Assembly: GCF_001194135.2 (NCBI RefSeq)
Contig: NC_068997.1
Coordinates: 37,850,984 to 37,914,983 of the forward strand
Reading direction: 5' to 3'
Origin: Octopus bimaculoides
Taxonomy: Eukaryota
DNA length: 64,000 nt
Shown: in pieces, positions 38,100 through 51,497 of the stretch
How positions within the stretch are numbered: position 1 is the first letter of the stretch
Layout: each line of letters begins with the position of its first letter
Program-made: the position numbers and the translations under genes
The notes under the pieces: model-generated
Told to the model about the DNA's origin: nothing
The model's database searches: none
What the model saw: the letters and a program-made list of their open reading frames with translations, nothing else

Positions 38100-38500
38100 T
38101 ACACAAAGGGAGGTTACTCATAGAGACAACACCGCATGTTCACTAAACGGCCAATGCAACACGAAGGCCGCTGTATATGGGGATAGATGACGTCAAAGGA
38201 TCCTAGTAGGCAGACCAGGGTGTAGTAATATGTGGGCACGATAGAAAGTCCCTTCAGACTCAGATCTAATAAAAACGAGTCTTGTAATATTCAAGAGAGA
38301 TAAAATGCCACCGCTCTAGCAAGGCACATGTGGTCTCTGAATGGGTTACTGCATCAAATAGAGAGTAGTGGAGAGGTGAAAAACCTTACATCACTAGCAA
38401 TGAGAGCTGGAGGCTTTGCTTTGTGAAAAAAAGAATTATACTAAAAACCTCTCTGCACTCGGATACCTATCTAAAATATAAAAGCAAAACATACCAATTT
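38100..38500 (+). mobile_element. Penelope-like GIY-YIG C-terminal remnant
   Basis: aatgccaccgctctagcaaggcacatgtggtctctg translates to NATALARHMWSL, similar to the post-GIY-YIG T.LS..IW.L motif. Heavily decayed. Confidence 0.4.
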
Positions 38501-38936
38501 TGCTGTTGAGTGCAGATACGCTCTTGGATACTGGTGGACCGTAACATAAATATAAATGATAGGGCTCCCACCATCTGTACTTTTCATCACTACAACTGAG
38601 GGTTAAGCATAAGGTTTGCCAAACCTTATACTAAGGCAGTGATCAGACGGTGATAGCACTGTCTGATCCCTAGCCAATAAGCACAAGAAAGCAATTCTTC
38701 TGTAGATTTCTCCCACAGTTCTTGTCGTCCGATATTTTACGACACCCCAAAATCGACGTGACACTTTCAGACCTCCAGTAGCAAAATACCGTCCCCAAAT
38801 AAGTCCTACAACCTCTGTGATGATTAGCAAAACTGGGTTTTCCCAAACTCGTGTGCGCGAAGCTTATTGTTAAAATTGGAAACTGAATATGCATAAATAT
38901 ACATACATATTTATGTGTATGTATATATATGTATAT

Positions 38937-39058
<122 letters not shown>

Positions 39059-39829
39059 CATGCGCGCACACGCACATACACATATTAGTTACAGGATTCA
39101 TTAGAATCTAAGCGTATCAACAAGTAGGACGCCTGGACTGGTTGGGTACCATAGCACTGAATTTGCAGTAAGGTAGAACAACCACTAGGTGTCAACTTTT
39201 GTAGTACACTGCAGGTGTGTAGCGTATGTATAAATGAACACAGTCTTGCGTGTGAGTTTTCTCTGAGGCTCATTAGGCAAGTTACGTCTAGAGACTTGTA
39301 ATGGTGGTCATGTATATAAGTTTCTTGTTATAGGCTGGAGGTCCATGTATTAGCGGAGAAAGGGAAAAGGAGGGAAGAAAATCAATGAGGGAAGGAAAGA
39401 AAAAGAAGAGGTAAGAAGAGAGGGCATTAAAAGGGAAATAAGATACGCACAGGTATTAATTTAATAAAATAATTCAATCGAAATACATATAATTAAATAG
39501 TAAATATGTAAAGCGAATAGGAGACAATGAAATGAGACAATATAGAGAGAGAATGTCGTGAAAATGATAGCGTACGAGTACTGTGGAGAGGGAATTTGGA
39601 AGATGTATAACTAAAAGACATTTAAAAAACGAACTGAAATGCAAATGGGTTGAAATAAATAATAGATAAATGAATATATGATAATAGCATTAACTGAAGA
39701 ATGTTGATTGAAAACACACTTGTGACCTTTAATTGCTGTTCATTGGCGGCGTCGGTTGCAGAGTAATTAAGGTAGTAAGAGGCTCTAAGGAGAGCTGAAC
39801 AATAAAAAGCCTTCAGCGAAGTGGCCCTT

Positions 39830-42150
39830 TCATGCAAGTGTTTCGATTCTTAATTGCTCCACTCTATGAGAACACGGCCACATCCAAGTTATGAGTATTG
39901 GATACCACCATGCTGTCACATTATGTACTACTCTTTGTATTTTAACTTGCATCTTTCTAGATAGTAAAGGTGCTCCAAAGCTAATGAGTAAGGACGGGCC
40001 ATACGTCATTCGAGCTGAAAATTGTTTGGAGCGCATTCTTCTAGGTTGTTCGTTGTCCATATTGACTATACTGTACTACTATCTAGATTCTCTTAGCATT
40101 CTCTTCCGTTTGGCTTCCTGTATTACTATATGCATCATTTTGCTTTTGATCGCCATTCATTGAGTTTAGTCTGTGCCTGCTGGTCCGTGTGAGTCCCGAT
40201 ATTTTCCTAATATTGAAGGTATTCTTTATCCACCACTTCCTTTACCTTCCATTTTCTGCCAATTCTCAACTCAAGATGATTGGTTTCACAATCCTATGTT
40301 CGAAATCTTGAAGCATTTACAGGGTCCTTGCTTTTCCACCCTTGTACTCTTTCAAGATGGACTTTAAAAGTAGTTTCAGCTTTACAATAGTAAACGACAT
40401 CAGTGAGACAATGAAGGGTAACAAAACTACTTCCTTGAGTATTTATTAATCTCGGCCTACACCATTTCTGGTGTGCTAGTGCTTATACAGTATTCCAGCA
40501 AAAGAGAGAACTTTGATGTTAGCATGAACTGCAAGCAGTAAACTTTGTAGTTGCTAGACAGGTTCAATAGTTCTGTAGCTTAGCTCAAAAGCTCTGCCCT
40601 CCCGTTTGCTTCACTTCATTTCATGGGAACTCATCAGGCACTGGCCTCTTTCGTAGTGAGAGGCTTCGTAACTTCTTAGTAGCTCATTCTGCATGATCGG
40701 ATTATTGCATGTCTCATTTTCACTTTTTGAAAGTACTGCAGTGTCGTCCATAAAGCCTCTTAGAGGTGGGATTCAATATCTATTCCCAGGTCTGCTATAC
40801 ATCAGCCACTCATCACTGCCTCCAAGTTGATTTCCACTGCCAGAATGAAGAATATTGGAAAAATGGTGCAACCCACCGCTATGCCAACTTTCGTGAAATT
40901 CCCTGTGAAGAAACGCATCCATGAAACGAAGCCATAAAAGTACTTCAACATTTCTTGGATATTCTTTGAGATGGGACATCACACATTGCAAGAACTGATC
41001 CATAACCTTTTGCAAGATTCGAATCGCGACATCGAGGTCGTTCTTCTATGCTCTACTCTGTAGATTGCTTACAAGGTATGCTCTATGTCTCCAAACACAC
41101 TTGGATACCTCATTTCTAGATTGACACATCCTAATGTTTATTAGTTGCTACTACAACGGGGAAGACGATTTTTCCTCTCAACATCCAGAAGTGGTATTGG
41201 TCTGAAATGTTTCATCTCACATGAATTCTTTATTTTAAGAATATACACTCTGGCAGCTGTCATACATTGGTTATTGACTTCTTTCAAGCTGACCTTAATA
41301 AGCTTTGGAGCAACCCAAGAACGTTGGGACATCCTTTATACAGCAGAGAAGGAATTCCGATTGACCCAGGTGTTGATTTGATTCTGGTTTTCTAAACTAA
41401 TTGTTTTACTTCATTCGGTGTTGGTGGTTTGTGATTGAACATTTCTTCTGACATTAATGCTTACACCAGACTCAAGATCTCAAGTGGCACCCCACGAAGC
41501 CAGTAGGAATAAGTTTTCTTGTGATGCTGTCCAAGAGATTTTTTTGTCCATTGTGAGTGTTCCGGATTTTGGTTGCTCGAATTGTTTCTTGGCAAACTGA
41601 AATGGAATTTTGAAGACATCTTGGATCTTCATTTTACTCCTCTTCTTTCTCACAGATTCTACGTTTCTGAGGGCACCGTGACTTGATTTAAGTTTTCTCA
41701 AAACTTCTCTAGACCCTGAGTTTCAGAATCTGTGAATTGGGATCGCTTTTCTTCTTCTGGATGTAATTCATCTCTTATTCACACCTAGATTGCTGAGGAG
41801 GTGTTTTCAGACTTGGAAACTTTACCCCCACAACAGGCTGCAGAAGCATTACCACCAAATACGTCTAGTTTGTGTTGCAGGGTGCGCCTTTCTTTTAACT
41901 CATTCATCTTAGGAACTATCATTTCATTTAATCTCTCCAGTTGAGCTTCTGGAATTTGGCGTCAAAATCATGTGCAAATGTCTGATCTAGATGAACAGCA
42001 TGGGACTGTGGTGTGAGTCCTAATCTTGGTTTTCTGACATCTTATCAGCTGGTACAGAGCGTTGCTGCTCATTCATTAGAGTCTTCATACAGTCCTTTTT
42101 CATCCTATTGCTCTTCATGCCGTGCCACATTCAGAAGAGAGTTTCATTCC
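39830..42150 (-). mobile_element. HERO/NeSL-like RLE non-LTR retrotransposon remnant
   Basis: FKIPFQFAKKQFEQPKSGTL, VYILKIKNSCEMKHFRPIPLLDVERK, NLAKGYGSVL (cf. DLANAYGSVPH) and PPLRGFMDDT (RT active site). Confidence 0.7.
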
Positions 42151-42719
42151 AAAGACACTGGACTACCATTTGTTCTTCATACATTTGAGATTGCAAAGAA
42201 TTTGATGAATTCCTTTTTTTTTTGAGAAAAAGCTTGTAAAGTTAGAAGACTAAACTTACATCATATGGATAAAACCTAGTTATATTAAGAATCAAAAGAG
42301 GGAAAAGTAACATTTAGATAAAGAAAAACAAAGACCAACCATCGATTATTTATGGAAAATCTCGAGCTGTAACGAGTTTCTTTAGTGACAATAGTTTATT
42401 ATTTTAGTAAGTACATAAAACGGAATTTAGCCTAAAAGTATGAAGTAATATTCATGACGATGGGGGAAAGTCAACAGTCTAGAAGGTGTAGAATTATCAT
42501 CAAAGAAAATCATGAAAAGGATTGATGTTAGTAGAGTTGAATGAATTCATGGAATAAATGAAGTAAGGCTTTACACAGGAGTTCCACCGAAAACTTAAAA
42601 CTGTTGCTGCGCTACTGAATGGAAGGCGTTTAAATTAGCAATTGCTTGTAGGAAATAGAATTTACAGAGGCTAATTTACAGAGAAAACAACTCACAATGC
42701 AAATAGCATTCCACCTCAA

Positions 42720-42932
42720 GAGTCGGTTTCAAATTTTGGCGCAAGGCCAGCAATTTCGTGGAAATGAGTAAGTCATTTTAATATGTACTCAACTCGTACG
42801 TATTTTATCGACCTCGAAAGGTGAACAGCAACATCAACCCCAATGAAATTTGAACTCAGAATGCAAAGTCAGAAAAAATTCCGATAAGCATTTTGTCCAG
42901 CGTGATAACGATTCTGCTGAGCCACCGCCTTC
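42720..42932 (-). mobile_element. tRNA-derived SINE family 2
   Basis: rc aaggcggtggctcagcagaatcgttatcacgctggacaaaatgcttatcgg...tctgagttcaaattt...tttcgaggtcgataaaat...gctggccttgcgccaaaatttgaaacc. Homologous to 62975-63186. Confidence 0.75.
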
Positions 42933-43149
42933 ATCTCAAGTGTGATATTGACCGGCACAACGGTAGGCTAGAGTTAATCAACAGTGGAAGTTGCATATAC
43001 ACAGATAAAGTAGCGTGGATGCTATAGGACTAATGTTAGTTTAGGTGAGAATATTTGATTTAGTTAGGATATACTTGCAAGTAGACAGAGGAGTATAAAT
43101 AGGAAAAAAGCCTAAGAAAGACGAAAGAAAATGGAATGGAAAAAGATGT

Positions 43150-43683
43150 TTGTATTCCCGTTCACCTCTCTCGCAGTTCGTGAGAGAGGAGAACAGAAAT
43201 ACAGACGCCGATGAAAGAAGGCACTGGCTAAGGAAAATTTACATGAATCAAGGAACAGAAGCGCTTTTTTGTGCTGCGCAGAAACAAACACTTAGAACAA
43301 GTTGCACCAAATGCAGGGATGATAATACAGAAGAATGTGACAAGTGCAGAGTTTGCAGTGATAAAGGTGAGACTGAATGGCATATTGTGAATGAGTGCGC
43401 AAAGGTGTCCCCTCTCTCAAATACAAAAGAAGATACAATAATGTCGCAAGACTGATCCATTGGAAGGTGTATAACAAGTATGGATTGGATGGAGTAAATA
43501 CGTATTATGGACAAATTCCAGAACTAGACTCGAAAAGGACAAAATAAAGAAACTGAAACTTAATGATTATATGTGATCATGAAATTGAACTTCGAAAGCC
43601 AAATGTAATGGTTGTGGAATAAAGAGGACACATCTGTTTAATCATGACAAAGTAATGAAATAGAAAAGAAAAAAAAGAAGCAG

Positions 43684-43685
<2 letters not shown>
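43150..43685 (+). mobile_element. Old R4/Dong 3' fragment ending at (AAT)n
   Basis: ALFCAAQKQTLRT...CDKCRVCSDKGETEWHIVNECAK, and DHEIELRKPNVMVV (RLE PD region). Confidence 0.7.

Positions 43686-43760
<75 letters not shown>
43686..43760. repeat. (AAT)n microsatellite
   Basis: Pure run. Confidence 0.95.
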
Positions 43761-43932
43761 TATTCACTGGGTAATATGCAAAAACCTGGACTTGCCCCAA
43801 TATAAAAACTGGTGGGAACACAAACCACCCCCAGTACTTGAAAATGATCACATCGCACTCCTCTGGAACTTCACCATTCAAACTGACAGAAAGATAGACG
43901 CAAATAGGCCAGACATCATACTGAAAGACTTC
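43761..43932 (+). mobile_element. 5'-truncated R4/Dong copy starting at (AAT)n and running into a gap
   Basis: IHWVICKNLDLPQYKNWWEHKPPPVLENDHIALLWNFTIQTDRKIDANRPDIILKD. Confidence 0.85.
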
Positions 43933-45010
43933 NNNNNNNNNNNNNNNNNNNNNNNNNNNNNNNNNNNNNNNNNNNNNNNNNNNNNNNNNNNNNNNNNNNN
44001 NNNNNNNNNNNNNNNNNNNNNNNNNNNNNNNNNNNNNNNNNNNNNNNNNNNNNNNNNNNNNNNNNNNNNNNNNNNNNNNNNNNNNNNNNNNNNNNNNNNN
44101 NNNNNNNNNNNNNNNNNNNNNNNNNNNNNNNNNNNNNNNNNNNNNNNNNNNNNNNNNNNNNNNNNNNNNNNNNNNNNNNNNNNNNNNNNNNNNNNNNNNN
44201 NNNNNNNNNNNNNNNNNNNNNNNNNNNNNNNNNNNNNNNNNNNNNNNNNNNNNNNNNNNNNNNNNNNNNNNNNNNNNNNNNNNNNNNNNNNNNNNNNNNN
44301 NNNNNNNNNNNNNNNNNNNNNNNNNNNNNNNNNNNNNNNNNNNNNNNNNNNNNNNNNNNNNNNNNNNNNNNNNNNNNNNNNNNNNNNNNNNNNNNNNNNN
44401 NNNNNNNNNNNNNNNNNNNNNNNNNNNNNNNNNNNNNNNNNNNNNNNNNNNNNNNNNNNNNNNNNNNNNNNNNNNNNNNNNNNNNNNNNNNNNNNNNNNN
44501 NNNNNNNNNNNNNNNNNNNNNNNNNNNNNNNNNNNNNNNNNNNNNNNNNNNNNNNNNNNNNNNNNNNNNNNNNNNNNNNNNNNNNNNNNNNNNNNNNNNN
44601 NNNNNNNNCTTTCACTTCTCAGAATGTATGAGGAGAAATATGTTTGCGGGTTATTAACATCATGCCCTGGAAGAATGAATAAGATGACAGGAGAATATCA
44701 CCAAATTTATACAAAACTGTTTGAATGAATATTCTTCTTTCTCTTTCCTTTTTTTCTGTCGTCTTCCTTTTTCTATTTTTTTTTCTGTCTTTTTCTTTCC
44801 GCCTGTTATAAAATTGTAACTTAAAAACTGATGATGTCATTCCATCAACGTGTGGACGCTGGTTGCTCTCGTTCATACTTTACGTTTAAATTTCTGTAAA
44901 TTTGAATTTTTATCATTTCTTATTTTGAACTTGACAAAGACACACTTACTGTTGAAATATTGTTTAACTAATAAAATATCTTACAATCGAATCGCGCTCT
45001 TCGTCTTGAC

Positions 45011-45073
<63 letters not shown>
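45011..45073. repeat. (AAT)n microsatellite
   Basis: Pure run. Confidence 0.95.
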
Positions 45074-45075
<2 letters not shown>

Positions 45076-47887
45076 CCACGATGTTTAACATATGAGAGCG
45101 ATAAAACACTGCTTCGAAATCTATCCAAAATCATCGGGAATAAAAACAACAAATGGAGCCTAAAATAACTGACAAAGTGTTGGACTATATCCGAGTAACT
45201 AATACACATTTCTATTTTCCGAATGAAATTATGTATTTTAACTATGTATCATCTCTGCCACGACAAGATCCCCAACTCCTGAATAAAATACCTAACAGGA
45301 ACACATAAAAAGCTGGCTGAGAAATTTAATGAAACGCCAGTAGAGCCAGAGATAATGCCTGACTGGCTCACGGAAGGGGAACTATCCTAATTCCCAAATC
45401 CACTGAAACGGCAATCGCATAAAATAGAGACTGATAACTTGCCTCACGACATTTTTACAAAGCCTTTACTGCAATAATATCGTAGAGAATGAGCAAACAT
45501 CTGGAAGAAAACAATCTGTTTCCAGAAGACCAGAACGGATGCTACAAGAGCTCATACGGATGTAAAGATCAGCTACTGATTAATAAAGCCATACCTGAAG
45601 GCAGCTCTAGAAAGAAGGGCGTAAGTATGGCCTGGATCGATTATCGAAAGGCTTTTGATAATATTCCCCACACACGGATCCTAGAAACAATATCCATGAA
45701 CAAGGTAGCACCAATATTCATAAAATATATAAAACATTCCATGAATGAATGGCAGACTGAGCTACAGCTCCAGACAAAGAGGGACTCATAAAAACAAAAG
45801 CCATCCCCATCAGAAGAGGAATATACCAAGAAGATACGCTCTCTCTCCGCCCCTTTCCTGCTTTGCACCTTTATCTGACATGCTAAACAGAACTGGGTGG
45901 GGATGCAACTATTACGGCAAAACAATCAGCCACCTTTTATATATGGATGATCTAAAACTGTACGCTACAAATGATAAACAGTTGGAAACATTACTATAGA
46001 CAGTACATGGATTTACCAAAGAGATAGACATTAAATTTGGCTTAGAAAAATGTGCCAAAGCAACCTTGAAAAGAGGGAAAGTAGTTAAGAATAGCAACAT
46101 CACACTAGATAAAGGAAAGGAAATAAGAGAATGAGACAAAAGCCAGACATACAAATACTTGTAAATCAATGAACTAGATACGATACAACACACACAAATG
46201 AAAGAGAAGGTAAGAAAAGAATACTATAGACGAGTAAGATTAATATTGAAAACAGAGACGAATGCGAAAAACAAGATAATAGGTATCAACACATTAGCCG
46301 TCCCAGTTATGAGTTACAGGTACAATATTCTTAACTGGACTCTGAATAAACTAATCAAAATAGAGAAAAAAAAAAATAATAATGACAGGATTTCGGATGC
46401 ACCACATGAAAGATCCTACCTTCACAAGTTTATATATACAACGTATCGAAGGTGTTAGAGGCCTTACACGGCTAGAAAATTATTACAAAATAACCACTAT
46501 AGGACTACAGAAATACCTACTTCAGAAGCAAGGAAAAAAATAGAAATAGCCGCAAAACACGAACAAAACAAAAAACTGTTTTCAGTCTTTAAGGAAGCTG
46601 ACAAATTCAAAACAGAAGTCATAGTACCTAACAACTATGAAGAAAAAGGAGAAACAACAAACGCTGTAAAACAAATGAAATCCAAGCTAAAGCTGGAACA
46701 ACAATGAATAATGATAAAACGATGCCCCTTCATGGAAAATATTGGGTTAAGCTAAACAAAAAAGAAATAGACAAAGCAAAATCCCAACAATGGCTGAGAA
46801 GCTCAGGCCTCAAAGCAGAGACTTAAGGATTTTTAATTGCAGCACAAGGTCAAAGCCTTCCCGCCAAAAATTACCAAAAACATGTAATGAAAAGAAATAC
46901 AACTGACTGCAGAATATGTGGAGATGGACAAGAAACAATAAATCATATTGTCTCTGGCTGCCCAATCCTACATAAGAAGGAATATATTCGCAGATACGAC
47001 AGAGTAGGGATCAATATATACTGGAATCTATGGAATAACAACAGAATAAAGATGGTATAGGTACACACTAGAAAAGGTCATAGAAAATGAGAAAGTAACC
47101 ATGCTCTGTGATATACCAATACAGACAGATAGAGAAATTTAAGCCAATATGCCAGATATAGCTATCAGTGATTACCAAGAAGAAAAATGCTTTCTAATCG
47201 ATGTATCAACACCAACAGATGACAGTGTTTCTCTAAAAGAAACGGAGAAACTTNNNNNNNNNNAAACAATAAATCATATTGTCTCTGGCTGCCCAATCCT
47301 ACATAAGAAGGAATATATTCGCAGATACGACAGAGTAGGGATCAATATATACTGGAATCTATGGAATAACAACAGAATAAAGATGGTATAGGTACACACT
47401 AGAAAAGGTCATAGAAAATGAGAAAGTAACCATGCTCTGTGATATACCAATACAGACAGATAGAGAAATTTAAGCCAATATGCCAGATATAGCTATCAGT
47501 GATTACCAAGAAGAAAAATGCTTTCTAATCGATGTATCAACACCAACAGATGACAGTGTTTCTCTAAAAGAAACGGAGAAACTTTCAAAATACAAAGATC
47601 TAGAAATAGAGGCAACTCGAATGTGAAGTCTAAAAATAGAAACAATTTCTATTACAGTAGGCACACTAGGTATGATAAAAAATATTCAGATAAATGCATA
47701 ACAAAAATAGTGGGACTAACAAGAATATATAACATACATAATATAACACTACTAGGCACCACATTCATCTTACTTAAAACATTTTCAATACAGTAACAAC
47801 ATCTCAACAAAGCACAGCACGTACTCAAGGCACACAGAGCTGAGCTTGGTACTGCAGTGAAAGCACATGATAAAAATAAGACTACTG
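45074..47887 (+). mobile_element. 5'-truncated R4/Dong retrotransposon with (AAT)n on both sides (contains an assembly duplication)
   Basis: GCKDQLLINKAI, SMAWIDYRKAFDNIPH, ISHLLYMDDLKLYA, KEYYRRVRLILKTE, CRICGDGQETINHIVSGCP, FLIDVSTPTD. The 3' UTR ends in aataacaacaacaataataat. Confidence 0.92.
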
Positions 47888-47940
47888 AATAACAACAACA
47901 ATAATAATGATAATAATAATAATGATAATGATAATAAAAA

Positions 47941-48164
47941 CATCCTTAAACAACCCTTATTCAATGACCTTTTGAGCGAGGAAAAGTCTAACTGTGAGCA
48001 CCACTTGCAAGGTCTTGCGCTGTTGATATGAGTTCACCGCGCACATATGGTTGTGATGCATGTACCTGCTGTAACATTATCAAACCGGTAGTCATGATGG
48101 ATGTACTGAGCTTCGTATATTTGATCCAAGTGTCACTATGATGGTATGCACAGCTCTCTCACTC
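47941..48164 (+). mobile_element. Non-coding (AAT)n-flanked element, copy 2 (5'-truncated)
   Basis: Matches the 3' ~250 bp of 63254-63797 (catatggttgtgat...agtgtcactatgatggtatgcacagctctctcactc). AAT repeats on both sides. Confidence 0.8.
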
Positions 48165-48193
<29 letters not shown>

Positions 48194-48196
<3 letters not shown>

Positions 48197-48698
48197 CTGT
48201 AGAATATGTGGAGATGGACAAGAAACAATAAATCATATTATTTCTGGCTGCCCATTCCTGGTTAAGAAGGAATATATTCACAGATACGACAGAGCTAGGA
48301 CCTATATACACTGGAAGCTATGCCAACACTATGGGATAACAACAGAAAAAAGATGGTGTAAACACACGCCAAAAAAGGTCACAGAAAATGAGAAAGCAAC
48401 CATACTCTGGGATATGCCAATACACACAGATAGAGAAATTAAGGCCAATAGACCAGATATAGTTGTCAAAGATCATGAAGAAAAAAAAATGCTTTCTAAT
48501 TGATGTATCAATACCAGCAGATGACAACGTTTCCCTAAAAGAAATGGAAAAACTTTCAAAATACAAAGACCTGGAAATAGAGGTAACTCGAATGTGGAAT
48601 CTAAAAACAGAAACAATTCCTATCATAGTAGGTGCCTTAGGTATAATAAATAAATATTCAGACAAATACATAACAAAAACACCAGGACTTACAAATAT
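48194..48698 (+). mobile_element. 5'-truncated R4/Dong copy starting at (AAT)n
   Basis: NCRICGDGQETINHIISGCP...ILWDMPIHTDREIKANRPDIVVKD, FLIDVSIPADDNVSLKEMEKLSKYKDLEIEV...IPIIVGALG. Confidence 0.9.
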
Positions 48699-49952
48699 NN
48701 NNNNNNNNNNNNNNNNNNNNNNNNNNNNNNNNNNNNNNNNNNNNNNNNNNNNNNNNNNNNNNNNNNNNNNNNNNNNNNNNNNNNNNNNNNNNNNNNNNNN
48801 NNNNNNNNNNNNNNNNNNNNNNNNNNNNNNNNNNNNNNNNNNNNNNNNNNNNNNNNNNNNNNNNNNNNNNNNNNNNNNNNNNNNNNNNNNNNNNNNNNNN
48901 NNNNNNNNNNNNNNNNNNNNNNNNNNNNNNNNNNNNNNNNNNNNNNNNNNNNNNNNNNNNNNNNNNNNNNNNNNNNNNNNNNNNNNNNNNNNNNNNNNNN
49001 NNNNNNNNNNNNNNNNNNNNNNNNNNNNNNNNNNNNNNNNNNNNNNNNNNNNNNNNNNNNNNNNNNNNNNNNNNNNNNNNNNNNNNNNNNNNNNNNNNNN
49101 NNNNNNNNNNNNNNNNNNNNNNNNNNNNNNNNNNNNNNNNNNNNNNNNNNNNNNNNNNNNNNNNNNNNNNNNNNNNNNNNNNNNNNNNNNNNNNNNNNNN
49201 NNNNNNNNNNNNNNNNNNNNNNTGTTTTCCGTACACCTAGGGCAGAGAAACGTTGTATGCATTCCCAATTTACACACGCAAATTCATAGGTAAAACATGT
49301 ATTTAAGAAGAAAAAAAAATCATGAATGGATGTTGTTTTCACAGCGATAATGCTCTTCTTAGTACATGAGTCGTTCCAGTTAGCACGATTTTTTGCACCT
49401 CCTGTAGAGATGGTAAGCCTGGTATCATTTTCAAATAGATTTCAAATAGATTTCAGTACCTTATTATTATTATTATTATTATTATCACTGATTTTATTGT
49501 TTTTATGGGTAGTAGCAGCAGTGGTTGCAGCAACAGCAATAGCAGTAGGGGTGGAGTAGTGGTAAGGGTGATAGTTGGGCCTCAGATTCTTGTGCTATCA
49601 TAATAGTAATAGTTGTATTATTATTGTAGTATTAATAGTATTTAGCAGTAACAGCTGCAGCATATTATTATTATTTTTATTTTTATTTTTATCATTATCA
49701 CCATCACCACCACAACCATTGTTTGAGGAACTAGTTGGGTAGCAGTTTGGTAAATAGATCATATTCTACAGGTCTGTAAATAGATTCGGCAAATGGTGGG
49801 GAGATCAGCCATAGAAACAAAGGAATTTTCGAACCCTTTGGTCAAATGTGTTTACTACTACCAGTGGCTGCTGACCACTGAGAGCGCTGCCTTGAAAAGA
49901 AGCAATTCAACCTGTTCTATTTGTAATTACTGATAGAAAAAACAATAATAAT

Positions 49953-49988
<36 letters not shown>

Positions 49989-51276
49989 NNNNNNNNNNNN
50001 NNNNNNNNNNNNNNNNNNNNNNNNNNNNNNNNNNNNNNNNNNNNNNNNNNNNNNNNNNNNNNNNNNNNNNNNNNNNNNNNNNNNNNNNNNNNNNNNNNNN
50101 NNNNNNNNNNNNNNNNNNNNNNNNNNNNNNNNNNNNNNNNNNNNNNNNNNNNNNNNNNNNNNNNNNNNNNNNNNNNNNNNNNNNNNNNNNNNNNNNNNNN
50201 NNNNNNNNNNNNNNNNNNNNNNNNNNNNNNNNNNNNNNNNNNNNNNNNNNNNNNNNNNNNNNNNNNNNNNNNNNNNNNNNNNNNNNNNNNNNNNNNNNNN
50301 NNNNNNNNNNNNNNNNNNNNNNNNNNNNNNNNNNNNNNNNNNNNNNNNNNNNNNNNNNNNNNNNNNNNNNNNNNNNNNNNNNNNNNNNNNNNNNNNNCAA
50401 TGAAAGGTGTGTTTTCGTATTTGGGGAATATATTAAAGTTTTCTTGAGATGGTCGTTTGTCTGTCCAGTTGGAGAATACAGTAGGACTTCTGTAATGCAA
50501 AGGATGTTTACTTTTTCGAATACTCAAGGAGAGTCAAAAAGAAAAGAAAACAAGTTGCAGACAGTAAAGTTTTAAGATTAACTAAATATGTTCTTTTGTA
50601 TGACCGCACAAAGAGAAATTGTAGTGTTCTTAGAATAAAAAGGAGGATGGTGTTTACATTTTCGAATACTCAGTGAAAAAGGAAAGGATAGAGTAGTTGT
50701 AGATGTTAAAGGTTTTTTTTTTTAAAGCTGATCGTTTGTGTGTTCGAAAGCTGTAGGTATGTAAGTTTCCTAACTTATTTTATTTTGAGGGAGATTTAGA
50801 ATATTCACAGGAAGTTGTAGATATTCCAGTCTTTGGGAATAGTAGGAGGAAGAGACGTTTACCTCGTCGGATTTTTGAATTTCTGAATTTCTTTTTCTTT
50901 TTCTTTTGGAATTTTTCTCTTTTTTCTTAAAAGTTTTGCTGTGGTTTACAGTTGTAGTTGTGCAGTAAGTATATATTGGCTGGTGTTTACTTCCTTAATT
51001 TTTTTTTTATCGTGCATTAAATTGTGTTGTTACAATAAAAAGCATGTTTACATATTCTGTTAAGGAAGAAGGGAAGACAAAATATTCACACAAAATTGGA
51101 TTGAAGATATTAAAGTTTCAAAATTTTTGGAGGTTTCTATGGCTGATCTCCCCACCATAGCTGTAGATATGTAAGTTTCTTAACTTATTTTGAGGGAAAT
51201 TCAAAATACTTACAGAAAACTGAAGAAAACGTCCAGCCGCTGTCACGTCCAAACCTTAGAGCATAAAAATAATAAT

Positions 51277-51438
51277 ACGTGGCACAAATAGGGGCTGCAA
51301 TAAGGGTGGAGCACTTGCAGAAAACAGCACTGATTGGAACCGCTCGAATACTCCGCTCGAAAAATAAGAGGTGTTACCTTAGTTCACTGGTAGTGAACAG
51401 CTGACACTGTAATACATCTCCAGCGTTAGGAGCTGTGC
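51277..51438 (+). mobile_element. Extremely 5'-truncated R4/Dong 3' end between AAT repeats
   Basis: aataataat (51268-51276), then VAQIGAAIRVEHLQKTALIGTARILR, a short 3' UTR, then (AAT)n 51439-51497. Confidence 0.75.
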
Positions 51439-51440
51439 AA

Positions 51441-51497
<57 letters not shown>

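Noticed and set aside
38641-38668. 28-nt hairpin gatcagacggtg-atag-cactgtctgatc
   Set aside because: It is isolated and short, with no context suggesting function.
46933-47584. Exact 321-bp tandem duplication inside the R4 copy
   Set aside because: The two copies look identical and are separated by a 10-N spacer, typical of unmerged overlapping contig ends.
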